The notes under the pieces were generated by a model. That model did no database searches, was not told where the DNA came from, and saw only the letters and a program-made list of their open reading frames with translations. From contig CAWIHR010000068.1 in assembly GCA_963835945.1 (NCBI GenBank), positions 2,325-66,324 of the forward strand: DNA of 64,000 nucleotides, given 5' to 3'. This stretch comes from an uncultured Chloroflexia bacterium. Lineage in GTDB: Bacteria; Chloroflexota; Limnocylindria; Limnocylindrales; CSP1-4. Position 1 is the stretch's first letter, and each line of letters starts with the position of its first letter. The position numbers were made by a program, and so were the translations under genes. Of the stretch, positions 31,814 to 43,468 are shown one piece after another.

Positions 31814-32659
31814 TCAGGGTGTCGTGTGGTTGGCCCGGACGGGATGGACGGCCGGCTGGTCCGCCTCGCCTGGCGCGTCCACTGGCGCGACCCACCGGTA
31901 TCCCACGTCTGGGATCGTCTCGATCGCCCACGGCCTGGCCGCGTCGTCCCGAAACTTCCGACGGATGTTCCCCACGTGCACGTCGATGTTACGGGAGGTT
32001 TCCGCGTGGGGACCCGCCACTGCCTGGAGGAGCTGGTCGCGGTCGAGCGGCGATCCGCTAGCGCGGACGAGGGCGAGCAGCAGACGCGCCTCCGCCGGGG
32101 TCAGCCGGCCGCACAGCTCGCCGCATACATACGCCCTGGTCGGCGGCTCGAAGACGAGGCGGCCGCCTGCAAACGAGAGGCGAGCGGGTGCGTCGAGCGC
32201 GGAACCAGCACCGCCCGCCATCCGGACGCCCGTCCGGACCGGCGCTGGGATGCCCGCGCCGTTCCCGATGCCCGTGCCCGTCCGACGCAGGATCGCGTTC
32301 ACCCGCTCGACCAGCTCGTGCACGTTGTAGGGCTTGGGCAGGTAGTCGTCGGCGCCGAGGCGCAAGCCGGCGATCCGTTCGACGTCGCTGCGCTTGGCCG
32401 AGGTGATCAGGATCGGGACTTGCGAGTCCTCCCGGATCGCCGTGATCAGGGCCTCGCCCTGGAGCTTCGGCAGCATCAGGTCGACGACCAGGAGATCGGC
32501 TGGGTCCTCGTCGAACGCGTCGAGCGCCGTCCGTCCGTCCTCGGCCTCGCGGACCTCATAGCCGGCCCGCTCGAGGTACAGGCGCAGCAGCGCCCGCAGC
32601 CGAGCCTCGTCCTCGACCACGAGGATCCGGGCTCGCGGGGGTCTGGCGGCAGGATGCAT
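31814..32659 (-). CDS. OmpR/PhoB-type response regulator with a Gly-rich insert between the receiver and wHTH domains
   Basis: The receiver reads RILVVEDEARLRAL..DLLVVDLMLPKLQG. The wHTH reads LTPAEARLLLAL..NIDVHVGNIRRKF..IETIPDVGYRW. The insert reads TGTGIGNGAGIPAPVRTGVRMAGGAGS. Confidence 0.85.
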   Translation of the reverse strand: MHPAARPPRARILVVEDEARLRALLRLYLERAGYEVREAEDGRTALDAFDEDPADLLVVDLMLPKLQGEALITAIREDSQVPILITSAKRSDVERIAGLRLGADDYLPKPYNVHELVERVNAILRRTGTGIGNGAGIPAPVRTGVRMAGGAGSALDAPARLSFAGGRLVFEPPTRAYVCGELCGRLTPAEARLLLALVRASGSPLDRDQLLQAVAGPHAETSRNIDVHVGNIRRKFRDDAARPWAIETIPDVGYRWVAPVDAPGEADQPAVHPVRANHTTP

Positions 32660-32763
32660 CGCTGGCAATCGTAGCGGGACGCCAATAAGAAGCCGTGAAG
32701 GCCTTCCCTTCCGGCGACCCGTCCTGGCGCCTGCCCGCACCGCCTCCCGGTACAATCGCCGCC

Positions 32764-34020
32764 ATGCCTCTCGTCGTCCAGAAGTACGGCGGCTCGTCGC
32801 TTGCCGACGCCGACCGCATCCGCCATGTCGCCGGCCGCATTGCCGAGGAGCGTGCCACTGGCTCGTCGCTGGTCGTCGTGGTGAGCGCCATGGGTGACAC
32901 CACGGACCACCTGATCGAGCTGGCTCGGGAGATCACGCGTGACCCGGATCCCCGCGAGATGGACCGGTTGCTCGCCATCGGCGAATTCCAGAGCTGTGCC
33001 CTCGTCACGATGGCGCTGCACACGCTCGACGTGCCCGCGATCTCGCTGACGGGCGCGCAGGCCGGCATCCGCACGGACACCGCACACGGCCGTGCCCGCA
33101 TCGCCAACGTCGACCCCGCCCGGATCGTGCGCGAGCTCGAGGCCGGGAACGTCGTGATCGTTGCAGGGTTCCAGGGTTCGACCGACGACAGCCATACCAC
33201 GGGGGAGATCACCACGCTCGGGCGCGGTGGCTCCGACACGACGGCCGTCGCACTCGCGGCGCGCCTCGGCGCTGACCGCTGCGAGATCTTCACGGACGTC
33301 GAGGGGATCTTTACGGCCGACCCCCGCATCGTCCCGGACGCGCGGCTCCTGCCGGTGATCGGCTACGAGGAGATGCTCGAGCTGGCGCACCAGGGCGCCC
33401 AGGTCATGCAAACGCGCGCCGTCGAGCTCGGCTGGGTGAACGACGTCGAGATCGCGGTGCGGTCCACGTTCAGCGATCACCCCGGGACGCGCATCAAGGA
33501 GGACCCCGACGTGGAGCAGCGCAACAAGGTGCGTGGCCTCGCGAGTGACCGGAACGTCGCCAAGGTGACCGTGGTCGCCGTTCCGGACCGCCCGGGCATC
33601 GCGCGGAGCGTCTTCGCGCCGCTCGCCAACGACGGGATCAACGTCGACATCATCGTGCAGAACGTGGGGCACGAGGGGACGACCGACCTGTCGTTCACGG
33701 TGCCGCGCTCCGACCTCGACCGCGCCCGCCGGCTGCTCGAGCCGGTCGTTCGGGAGATGGGGGCACGCGAGCTGGTGGCGGACGAGTCGGTGGCAAAGGT
33801 GTCGATCGTGGGCGCCGGGATCCAGAACGCGCCGGGGTATGCCGCCCGCATGTTTGGGACGCTGGCCGACGAGGGAATCAACATCGAGATGATCTCCACG
33901 TCGGAGATCCGGATCACCTGCATGATCAACGAGTCGGAGCTCGAGCGGGCCTCACGAGCGCTCCATCGGGCGTTCCAGCTGGAGCGGCCTGAGCCCGAGG
34001 TGGCGAGCGCGTCCCACTGA
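32764..34020 (+). CDS. ask: Aspartate kinase
   Basis: MPLVVQKYGGSSLAD, VVVVSAMGDTTD, GRGGSDTTAVALA and tandem ACT domains at the C-terminus are present. Confidence 0.95.
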   Translation: MPLVVQKYGGSSLADADRIRHVAGRIAEERATGSSLVVVVSAMGDTTDHLIELAREITRDPDPREMDRLLAIGEFQSCALVTMALHTLDVPAISLTGAQAGIRTDTAHGRARIANVDPARIVRELEAGNVVIVAGFQGSTDDSHTTGEITTLGRGGSDTTAVALAARLGADRCEIFTDVEGIFTADPRIVPDARLLPVIGYEEMLELAHQGAQVMQTRAVELGWVNDVEIAVRSTFSDHPGTRIKEDPDVEQRNKVRGLASDRNVAKVTVVAVPDRPGIARSVFAPLANDGINVDIIVQNVGHEGTTDLSFTVPRSDLDRARRLLEPVVREMGARELVADESVAKVSIVGAGIQNAPGYAARMFGTLADEGINIEMISTSEIRITCMINESELERASRALHRAFQLERPEPEVASASH

Positions 34021-34023
34021 TCC

Positions 34024-34875
34024 GTGGAGGAGTGCGGCACAGCGGACCCTTGGGGCGACCCGGTGATCGAGCCCGCTTCCGAACCAGATGCCCGGGCGCA
34101 GCCATTTCCCGCGCGGCTCGAGCGTTTCGGTCGCGTCGCCTCAACCCAGTCGATCGTCGCCGGCTGGCTCGTGGCAGGCGAGCCCGACGTCTGTGTTGCG
34201 GTGGCCGATGAGCAGGAGGCAGGCCGGGGACGGCGTGGCCGGTCCTGGACTGCACCATCCGGCACCGCGCTCCTCCTCTCGGTCGGGTTTCGGCCGGCGT
34301 GGTTGCTGCCGGCCGATGCCTGGAAGCTGGCCGCGATCGTCGCGCTGGCGATGACCGACGCTGCCGAGGACGCGGCAGGCCTTCGCAACGGCACGCTCGG
34401 CCTCAAGTGGCCGAACGACCTGGTCGCGCCGGCTCCAGACGGCGGCCTTCGCAAGGTCGCGGGCGTGCTTGGCGAGTCGACGGTCCTGAACGGCTGGCTC
34501 GATACCGTCGTGGTCGGGATCGGCGTGAACGTGCAGTGGGCCGCGGCCGACTTTCCACCTGACCTGGCTGCCGGCATGACCAGCCTCTCGGAGGTATCCG
34601 GGGGCCGGCCCGTCGATCGCGACGCCCTGCTCGTCGGCTTCCTCGACCGGCTGGAGCCGCGACTCGAGGCGCTGCGAGGCGGACGGTTCGACGCCGGCGG
34701 GTGGGACGAGCGGCAACGGACGACCGGCCGCCGGGTGACGGTCGAGGTCGGCGGCCGCGAGATCGAGGGCATCGGCGAAGGGGTCGATTCCGGGACCGGC
34801 GTGCTGCTGGTCCGCACCGCGGAGAGGACCGTGCCGGTAGACGCGGGCGAGGTGGTCCGCTGCCGCGTGGCTTGA
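34024..34875 (+). CDS. birA: Biotin--[acetyl-CoA-carboxylase] ligase
   Basis: STQS, EQEAGRGRRGRSWTAPSG and LKWPNDLV are present. No N-terminal HTH is evident. Confidence 0.8.
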   Translation: MEECGTADPWGDPVIEPASEPDARAQPFPARLERFGRVASTQSIVAGWLVAGEPDVCVAVADEQEAGRGRRGRSWTAPSGTALLLSVGFRPAWLLPADAWKLAAIVALAMTDAAEDAAGLRNGTLGLKWPNDLVAPAPDGGLRKVAGVLGESTVLNGWLDTVVVGIGVNVQWAAADFPPDLAAGMTSLSEVSGGRPVDRDALLVGFLDRLEPRLEALRGGRFDAGGWDERQRTTGRRVTVEVGGREIEGIGEGVDSGTGVLLVRTAERTVPVDAGEVVRCRVA

Positions 34876-34933
34876 CGGAGGCCTGGCAGGGGGCGATCGG
34901 CGCGGGCGGCCGCGTAACAAGTAGACTGCGGCG

Positions 34934-35554
34934 GTGTTGAGGAAGGTAAGTGGTCGAGACGAGGAGGCCCTCGTCGTGTTCGACCCGGATCGGCCCGCGG
35001 TTGAGGCTGCCCGCCGCGACCCCAGCCGGTTCGAGACGCTGTATCGAAGGTACGTGGCCCAGGTCTACAGCTTCGCGGTCTACGAGCTTGCCGACCATCA
35101 CGCCGCCGAGGACCTGACCGAGCAGGTCTTCCTGCAGGCGCTGGCCGCGCTACCGCGCTTCCGGGAGGTACCGCGCGCGACGGGAACGTCGAGCTTCCGC
35201 TCGTGGCTGTTCCAGATCGCCCGGCACCTAGCGAGCAACGAGCGCCGGGCGGCTCGAAGGCACCCGATCGCCCCGCTCGACGCCGCCCTCGATGTCTCCG
35301 GCCAGGACGACCCGGCCGCGGCATCCGCCCGCCGCGACGAAGCGACACGTGCCTGGCGGGCGGTGGACCGCCTTTCCGCCGACCGGCGCACGGCCGTGAT
35401 CCTGCGTTTCGTCGACGAGATGTCGATCCCGGAGATCGCCGGCGTCTTGGGCCGATCGGAAGGGGCGGTGCGGGTCCTGCTGCACCGCGCGCTGCGGAGC
35501 GTCTCTGACGAGCTCCGGGAGCCGGGGGCACAGGCCCGCGGGGACGCCAAGTGA
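34934..35554 (+). CDS. ECF-type RNA polymerase sigma factor
   Basis: Region 2 reads FETLYRRYVAQVYSFAV..AEDLTEQVFLQAL. Region 4 reads RTAVILRFVDEMSIPEIAGVLGRSEGAVRVLLHRALR. Confidence 0.85.
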   Translation: MLRKVSGRDEEALVVFDPDRPAVEAARRDPSRFETLYRRYVAQVYSFAVYELADHHAAEDLTEQVFLQALAALPRFREVPRATGTSSFRSWLFQIARHLASNERRAARRHPIAPLDAALDVSGQDDPAAASARRDEATRAWRAVDRLSADRRTAVILRFVDEMSIPEIAGVLGRSEGAVRVLLHRALRSVSDELREPGAQARGDAK

Positions 35555-35922
35555 CAGACGTCCAGGACGACCTCGACCTGCGCGACCCAGAGCTTGCCCA
35601 CGCCGCCGAGGTGCTGTCTCGCAGCCTCGTGCGCTTTCATCCCTCGTTCCGTTTCGAAGAGGGACTCGCCGCACGGCTGCGACGCGCAGCCTGGCCCCGT
35701 GCGGTGCCCGCCGACCTCGAGGAGCCGCGGACGGCGTTGGTGCCGATGCCGCGAGTCCGTGCCTTTCCCCTGCCCGTCGCCCTCGAGCTCGCCGCGCCCG
35801 CGTCGTTCGGGCGTGTCGTCGGGCGGGTCCCTCGTCCCGTGCTCGTCGGAGGCGCCATCGCGTCAGGCATGTCGATCGCCGGAGCCGTCGTCGCCTGGTG
35901 CCGGCTGCGGAAGGACGCCTGA
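35551..35922 (+). CDS. Putative anti-sigma factor (single C-terminal TM helix)
   Basis: The GTG overlaps the sigma stop (GTGA). It is 123 aa with the helix VLVGGAIASGMSIAGAVVAW near the C-terminus. No zf-HC2 motif is present. The assignment is by position only. Confidence 0.4.
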   Translation: MTDVQDDLDLRDPELAHAAEVLSRSLVRFHPSFRFEEGLAARLRRAAWPRAVPADLEEPRTALVPMPRVRAFPLPVALELAAPASFGRVVGRVPRPVLVGGAIASGMSIAGAVVAWCRLRKDA

Positions 35923-38087
35923 TGCCGATCAACCTCCCCTTCCTCCCCCGGCGCCGCGAGTTCCCACCCGACCAGTGGACCCAGTGCCCAAGCTGCGGCG
36001 AGATGCTCTACAACAAGCAGCTCGAACGCAACTCGCGTGTCTGCGCCAAGTGCGGCCATCACTTCCGGCTTCGGGCGGAGGCCCGCCTCCGATTGCTCCT
36101 GGACCCTGATTCGTTCGAGGAGCATGACACCGGCCTCGAGTCCAACGACCCGCTGGGCTTCGTCGACCTGAAGACCTATCCCGACCGGCTGGCGGCCGCC
36201 CGAATCTCGAGCGGCCTGCGTGACGCCGCCGTCTGGGGAGTCGGACGGATCGACGGCCAGCCCGTGGCGATGTGTGTGATGGACTTCGCGTTCATCGGCG
36301 GGTCCATGGGTTCGGTGGTGGGTGAGAAGGTGGCTCGGGCGGCTGAGCACGCGCTGCAGGCCCTGATGCCGCTCGTCATCGTGTCGGCGTCCGGCGGGGC
36401 GCGGATGCAGGAGGGCACGCTCGCCCTGATGCAGCTGGCCAAGACCTGCGCGGCGCTCGAGCGGCTGGCGGCCGCCGGGATCCCCTACGTCAGCGTCATG
36501 ACCGATCCGACCACGGGCGGTGTCTTCGCCTCGTACGCCGTGCTCGGTGACGTCAACCTCGCCGAGCCTGAGGCACTCATCAGGTTCGCCGGCGAACGCG
36601 TCACCAGCGGGACCATCGCCGTCGAGTTGCCGCCCGACTACCAGCGCGCCGAGTTCCTGCTCGAGCATGGCTTCCTGGATCGGGTGGTGCCGCGCGACCG
36701 GCTGCGCGACGAGCTGGCCACGATCCTGGGCTACCTGCGGGAAGGGTCGCCGTGTTCCAGCGCGCCGCTTCCGGCCGGGTCCCTCGCCGCACGCGCCGCC
36801 GGTGACGGGCGCGAGCCCGGCTTCCGACCGTTCGGTTTCCTGAACACGAAGCTGCCCAACCTGCCGGTGCTCGAGGCCGGAAGGCGTGGGGCGGCGGCGC
36901 TCGGCGCGCATGCGGCCGAGGTGATCGGTGCCTACGCCGGCACCGGTGACGCGACGGGCGCGGGGCAGGCTGCCGCGGGTGTATCGGGCGACAACGGGAC
37001 CCCACCGTTCGGCGGCGCCAGCAGGCCGGGCCGCCAACCCGGCGGGGGCGTGGGCTCCGCGGGCGTCGCAGGCGGGGCATCTGCCGGCGCCGCCGTGTCC
37101 GTGTCGTCGCAGCCCCCCGACGCCGCAGCGCAAGAACGGGCGTGGGCGCGCGTCCAGGCGGCTCGCAACGTAAAGCGGCCGCACACGCTGGACCTCGTCC
37201 GCGCCATGGCCACCGACGTCGTGGAGCTCCACGGTGACCGGCTCTTCGGCGACGATCCCGCGATCGTGACCGGCCTCGCGCGGATGCCCGGCCACGCGTT
37301 CGTGTTCGTGGGACACCAGCGCGGCTCGGAGACGGATGAGAACATCCGCCGCAACTTCGGCATGGCGCACCCTGAGGGGTACCGCAAGGCGATGCGCCTA
37401 TTCCGGCTGGCGGAGCGCTTCCACCTGCCGATCGTCACGTTCGTCGACACCGGCGGCGCCTATCCGGGCCCCGCGTCCGAGGAGCGCGGCGTCGCCGAGG
37501 CGATCGCCCGCTCGATCGCCGTCATGAGCGGCCTCCGCACGCCAATCGTCAGCGTCATCACGGGAGAGGGCGGCTCGGGCGGGGCGCTTGGGATCGCCAC
37601 CGCGGACGTTGTGCTCGCGCTGGAGAACGCCGTCTACTCGGTGATCAGCCCAGAAGGTTGTGCGAGCATCCTCTGGCGGGACCCTGCCGCTGCACGACAG
37701 GCGGCTGCGTCGATGCGGATGACGGCCCAGGACCAGCTGGCGCTTGGCGTCGTCGACGAGGTCGTGGGCGAGCCGGCGGGCGGCGCGCAGGAGGATCCCG
37801 TGGCGATGGCAGCGACCCTCGCGACCCGGCTGTCGGAGCACCTCGTTCGGCTCGAGGCGCTGCCACTCGATGAGTTGCTCGAGCGCCGCTACGCGCGCTA
37901 CCGGAGCATGGGTGCGTTCACCACCGTTGAGCGCGAGATGCCCCCGGCCGTGAAGCGTCCCGACCTCGCCGGTCGCCTGCGCGACCTGATCGAGGCCGGC
38001 CGGGCGACCCTCGGCGTCCCCGAGGGCGGCCCCACGCGACCAGTCGTCGGGCCCGACGTCGACGCGCCGCTGCGGGAGGACCTGTAA
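35922..38087 (+). CDS. accDA: Acetyl-CoA carboxylase carboxyltransferase, fused beta (AccD) and alpha (AccA) subunits
   Basis: The N-terminal Zn-ribbon is CPSCGEMLYNKQLERNSRVCAKCGHH, followed by an AccD body (FIGGSMGSVVGEK). A Gly/Ala-rich linker of about 130 aa follows. Then comes the AccA body (RPHTLDLV..ELHGDRLFGDDPAIV..FGMAHPEGYRKA..TFVDTGGAYPG). It is a single uninterrupted ORF. Confidence 0.85.
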   Translation: MPINLPFLPRRREFPPDQWTQCPSCGEMLYNKQLERNSRVCAKCGHHFRLRAEARLRLLLDPDSFEEHDTGLESNDPLGFVDLKTYPDRLAAARISSGLRDAAVWGVGRIDGQPVAMCVMDFAFIGGSMGSVVGEKVARAAEHALQALMPLVIVSASGGARMQEGTLALMQLAKTCAALERLAAAGIPYVSVMTDPTTGGVFASYAVLGDVNLAEPEALIRFAGERVTSGTIAVELPPDYQRAEFLLEHGFLDRVVPRDRLRDELATILGYLREGSPCSSAPLPAGSLAARAAGDGREPGFRPFGFLNTKLPNLPVLEAGRRGAAALGAHAAEVIGAYAGTGDATGAGQAAAGVSGDNGTPPFGGASRPGRQPGGGVGSAGVAGGASAGAAVSVSSQPPDAAAQERAWARVQAARNVKRPHTLDLVRAMATDVVELHGDRLFGDDPAIVTGLARMPGHAFVFVGHQRGSETDENIRRNFGMAHPEGYRKAMRLFRLAERFHLPIVTFVDTGGAYPGPASEERGVAEAIARSIAVMSGLRTPIVSVITGEGGSGGALGIATADVVLALENAVYSVISPEGCASILWRDPAAARQAAASMRMTAQDQLALGVVDEVVGEPAGGAQEDPVAMAATLATRLSEHLVRLEALPLDELLERRYARYRSMGAFTTVEREMPPAVKRPDLAGRLRDLIEAGRATLGVPEGGPTRPVVGPDVDAPLREDL

Positions 38088-38879
38088 GTGGACGACCCGC
38101 TGCGGACACTCGACACCGAGGCGATCGTGGAGCCGCCAGCCGACCCGACGGATACCGTGCGGCCACCAGAGACGATCTTGCGGCTGGCCGACGACCTGCT
38201 CCCGGCCCTGATCGCCCGGCTCGACGCCAGCGGTTTGGGCGAGCTCGAAGTGCGCACCGCCGCCTGGCGCATCCGGCTGCGGAAACCGTACGACCGGCGC
38301 CACACGCTGCCGCTGCCCGAAGGACGCCGCCGGCGTGGTGGCGCGTTCGAGGTCGAACGGGCGGTGCGTGTGGACACGCGGGGCGCTGGCCCCGGCAGGT
38401 CGCAACACGGCGAGTCGGGCCGCGCTGACACTGACCGGGGCACCCTGGTCGACAGCAGTCATGCCACTGGCATCGGCCACAGCGTCCGTCGCTCCGAAGG
38501 TCGCCTCGACGTCGGCTCGGCCGGCGTCGGCGTTGACGTCGGCGGTGATCTCGACGCGAGCGCCAATCCCGCGAGCCCGGCTGACCTGTCCGTGCCTGCC
38601 ATCGCCACATCGCCCGCGGTCGGGTACTTCACGCCGCGCGAGGGGTGGACCACTGGCCGACATGTCCTGAGCGGCGACGTGGTTGGCTATGTCGACTGCC
38701 TCGGCGTCCGCCAGGACGTGGTTGCGCCCGCGGACGGGTTCTTAGGTCGCCTTCTTGCGCGGGCGGGGGAGGCCGTTGAGTACGGCCAGCCGCTCGCCCA
38801 TGTCGACCTGCCGCTGCCCGGCCCCGCCGCGTCCGCGCCCCCGAACGAGGCCCCGATGACCGGGTCGGAGGGAACCTAA
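38088..38879 (+). CDS. BCCP-like protein lacking the biotinyl-lysine (biotin-attachment-domain paralogue)
   Basis: The N-terminus LADDLLPALIARLDASGLGELEVRTAAWRIRLRKP and the C-terminal hammerhead SPAVGYFTP..GDVVGYVDCLGVRQDVVAPADGFL..AGEAVEYGQPL align with BCCP. The E-A-M-K position reads D-C-L-G. Confidence 0.65.
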   Translation: MDDPLRTLDTEAIVEPPADPTDTVRPPETILRLADDLLPALIARLDASGLGELEVRTAAWRIRLRKPYDRRHTLPLPEGRRRRGGAFEVERAVRVDTRGAGPGRSQHGESGRADTDRGTLVDSSHATGIGHSVRRSEGRLDVGSAGVGVDVGGDLDASANPASPADLSVPAIATSPAVGYFTPREGWTTGRHVLSGDVVGYVDCLGVRQDVVAPADGFLGRLLARAGEAVEYGQPLAHVDLPLPGPAASAPPNEAPMTGSEGT

Positions 38880-38880
38880 G

Positions 38881-40245
<1,365 letters not shown>

Positions 40246-40263
40246 ACGCCCCGAGGAGATGGC

Positions 40264-40773
40264 ATGACCGACGACCAGGCGAGGCCCGCGACGGCGGGCG
40301 ACCGGGCGCCCTCGCAGGCCGCCGACGTGACCCTCACGACACGCGAGATCGAGGCCCTCATCCCGCACCGCTGGCCGTTCCTGCTCGTCGACCGGATCGT
40401 GGAGTACGACCCTGAGCACAGCCGGATCGTGGGCCAGAAGGCCGTGACCTCCACGGAGTGGTTCTTCCAGGGCCATTTCCCCGGCCAGCCCGTCATGCCC
40501 GGCGTGTTGCAGCTCGAGGCGCTCGCCCAGACCATGGCGGTCTACGTCGCGAAGCAGCCCGGCTACGGCGACACGATGGGCCTCTTCGCGAGCATCGATG
40601 AGTGCCGCTTTAGGCGGATCGTCGTTCCCGGGGACACGCTTCGACTGGAGATCACGATGGAGAAGCTCGGCCGACGGTTCGGCAAGGGCCGCGCTGTCGC
40701 GAGCGTGGACGGCGAGGTCGCCTGTGAAGCCCTCCTCGCCTTCATCATCCCGCCGCCCGGCACGCTTCGCTGA
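40264..40773 (+). CDS. fabZ: 3-hydroxyacyl-ACP dehydratase FabZ
   Basis: IPHRWPFLLVDRI and FFQGHFPGQPVMPGVLQLEALAQ are present. Confidence 0.9.
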   Translation: MTDDQARPATAGDRAPSQAADVTLTTREIEALIPHRWPFLLVDRIVEYDPEHSRIVGQKAVTSTEWFFQGHFPGQPVMPGVLQLEALAQTMAVYVAKQPGYGDTMGLFASIDECRFRRIVVPGDTLRLEITMEKLGRRFGKGRAVASVDGEVACEALLAFIIPPPGTLR

Positions 40774-40790
40774 CGGCCCACGAGGAGACC

Positions 40791-41534
40791 ATGACGACCC
40801 GTATCGTCCTGCTGTCCGACATCCACGGCAACATCGCTGCGCTCGACGCCGCCCTCGCCGACATGCGTCGCGAGGCGCCCGACGTAGTCGCCGTGCTCGG
40901 CGACTACGTCATGAACGGCCCCCGTCCGGCCGAGGTGGTGGACCGGGTGCGCGAGCTCGAGGTACAAGGCGCGGCCGTCATCCAGGGCAACACGGACATC
41001 GCGGCCGCCGACCTCGACCTGGCCGCGGCATTCCCGTGGTTCGATGAGGTACCCCACGTCAACGTGGTGGCGGCCGAGTGGGCGCACGACCAGCTCGGCG
41101 ACGAGCGGCTCGACTGGCTGCGCCGCCTGCCGGCCGAGCGCCGCCTGCGGGTCGACGGCACCCTCGTGCTCTGCTGCCATGCCTCGCCGGGAAGCCAGAC
41201 CTACGGGTTCGGCGCGGACGTCGACGCGGCCACGGTCGTGGAACGGCTGGCGCGCACAGACGCGCGGATCGTGACGGTGGGGCACACGCACATGGCGGAC
41301 GTGCGGGACCTTGGCTGGAAGCAGGTGATCAATCCCGGGTCGTGCGGGTATGCGTTCGACGGCGACGCGGACGCTGCGTGGGCGCTGCTCGAGATCGACG
41401 GCGACGACGTGCGTGCCGAGCTGCGCCGCTCCGCCTACGACACGCGCCAGGTGAGCGACGAGCTATCCGAGCGCGGGCTTGCGGGCGACGTCTACCGTGC
41501 CGCAACCGTCCGCACGGGGCGCTACGTCCGGTGA
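40791..41534 (+). CDS. Metallophosphoesterase (YfcE/MJ0936-like)
   Basis: LLSDIHGN, VLGDYV, GNTD and VGHTH metal-ligand motifs occur in the canonical order. Confidence 0.75.
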   Translation: MTTRIVLLSDIHGNIAALDAALADMRREAPDVVAVLGDYVMNGPRPAEVVDRVRELEVQGAAVIQGNTDIAAADLDLAAAFPWFDEVPHVNVVAAEWAHDQLGDERLDWLRRLPAERRLRVDGTLVLCCHASPGSQTYGFGADVDAATVVERLARTDARIVTVGHTHMADVRDLGWKQVINPGSCGYAFDGDADAAWALLEIDGDDVRAELRRSAYDTRQVSDELSERGLAGDVYRAATVRTGRYVR

Positions 41535-41556
41535 GGCCAGCAAGACCGTATCCGAC

Positions 41557-42963
<1,407 letters not shown>

Positions 42964-43468
42964 TGACGAGCGCAGTCACGGTCGAGACGCGGCCCGAGGG
43001 CGGGTCCCTGGCCGATGCACCGGGAGGGCGCGGCGAGGTGAGGGCAGCGGGCGAGCGAAGGAGCCCGGACTCGGCGGGCACGGATCGGTCGGGTGCAGGT
43101 GGTGCGGGGTCCGATCGTGACCCGGGGGCGGAACAGGCTCGCGCGGCCGGCGGCGTCCAGACGGCGGGCGGTGCTGCCGCGGCCGACGACGACAGCGCGG
43201 ACACGATCCGCGGACACGCCGTGATCGCGCCGCTGACGGGCGTCTTCTACGGCGCCCCATCGCCGGGCGCCGCGCCGTACGTCACGGTTGGCACCGAGGT
43301 CGTGCCCGGCCAGGTGATCGGGCTGATCGAGGCCATGAAGCTATTCAACGAGATCAAGAGCGACGCGGCGGGCCGGGTGGTCCGCATCCACGCCGCCGAC
43401 GGTGCGCTCGTGCGGGCGAAGGAACCGCTGATCGAGCTCGAGCCATCCTGAGGGGGAGCGAGGGGACC

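Noticed and set aside
33477-35531. 684-aa ORF on the minus strand
   Set aside because: It overlaps ask, birA and the ECF sigma gene in antisense. Its composition is Pro/Arg/Ser-rich, so it is a shadow ORF.
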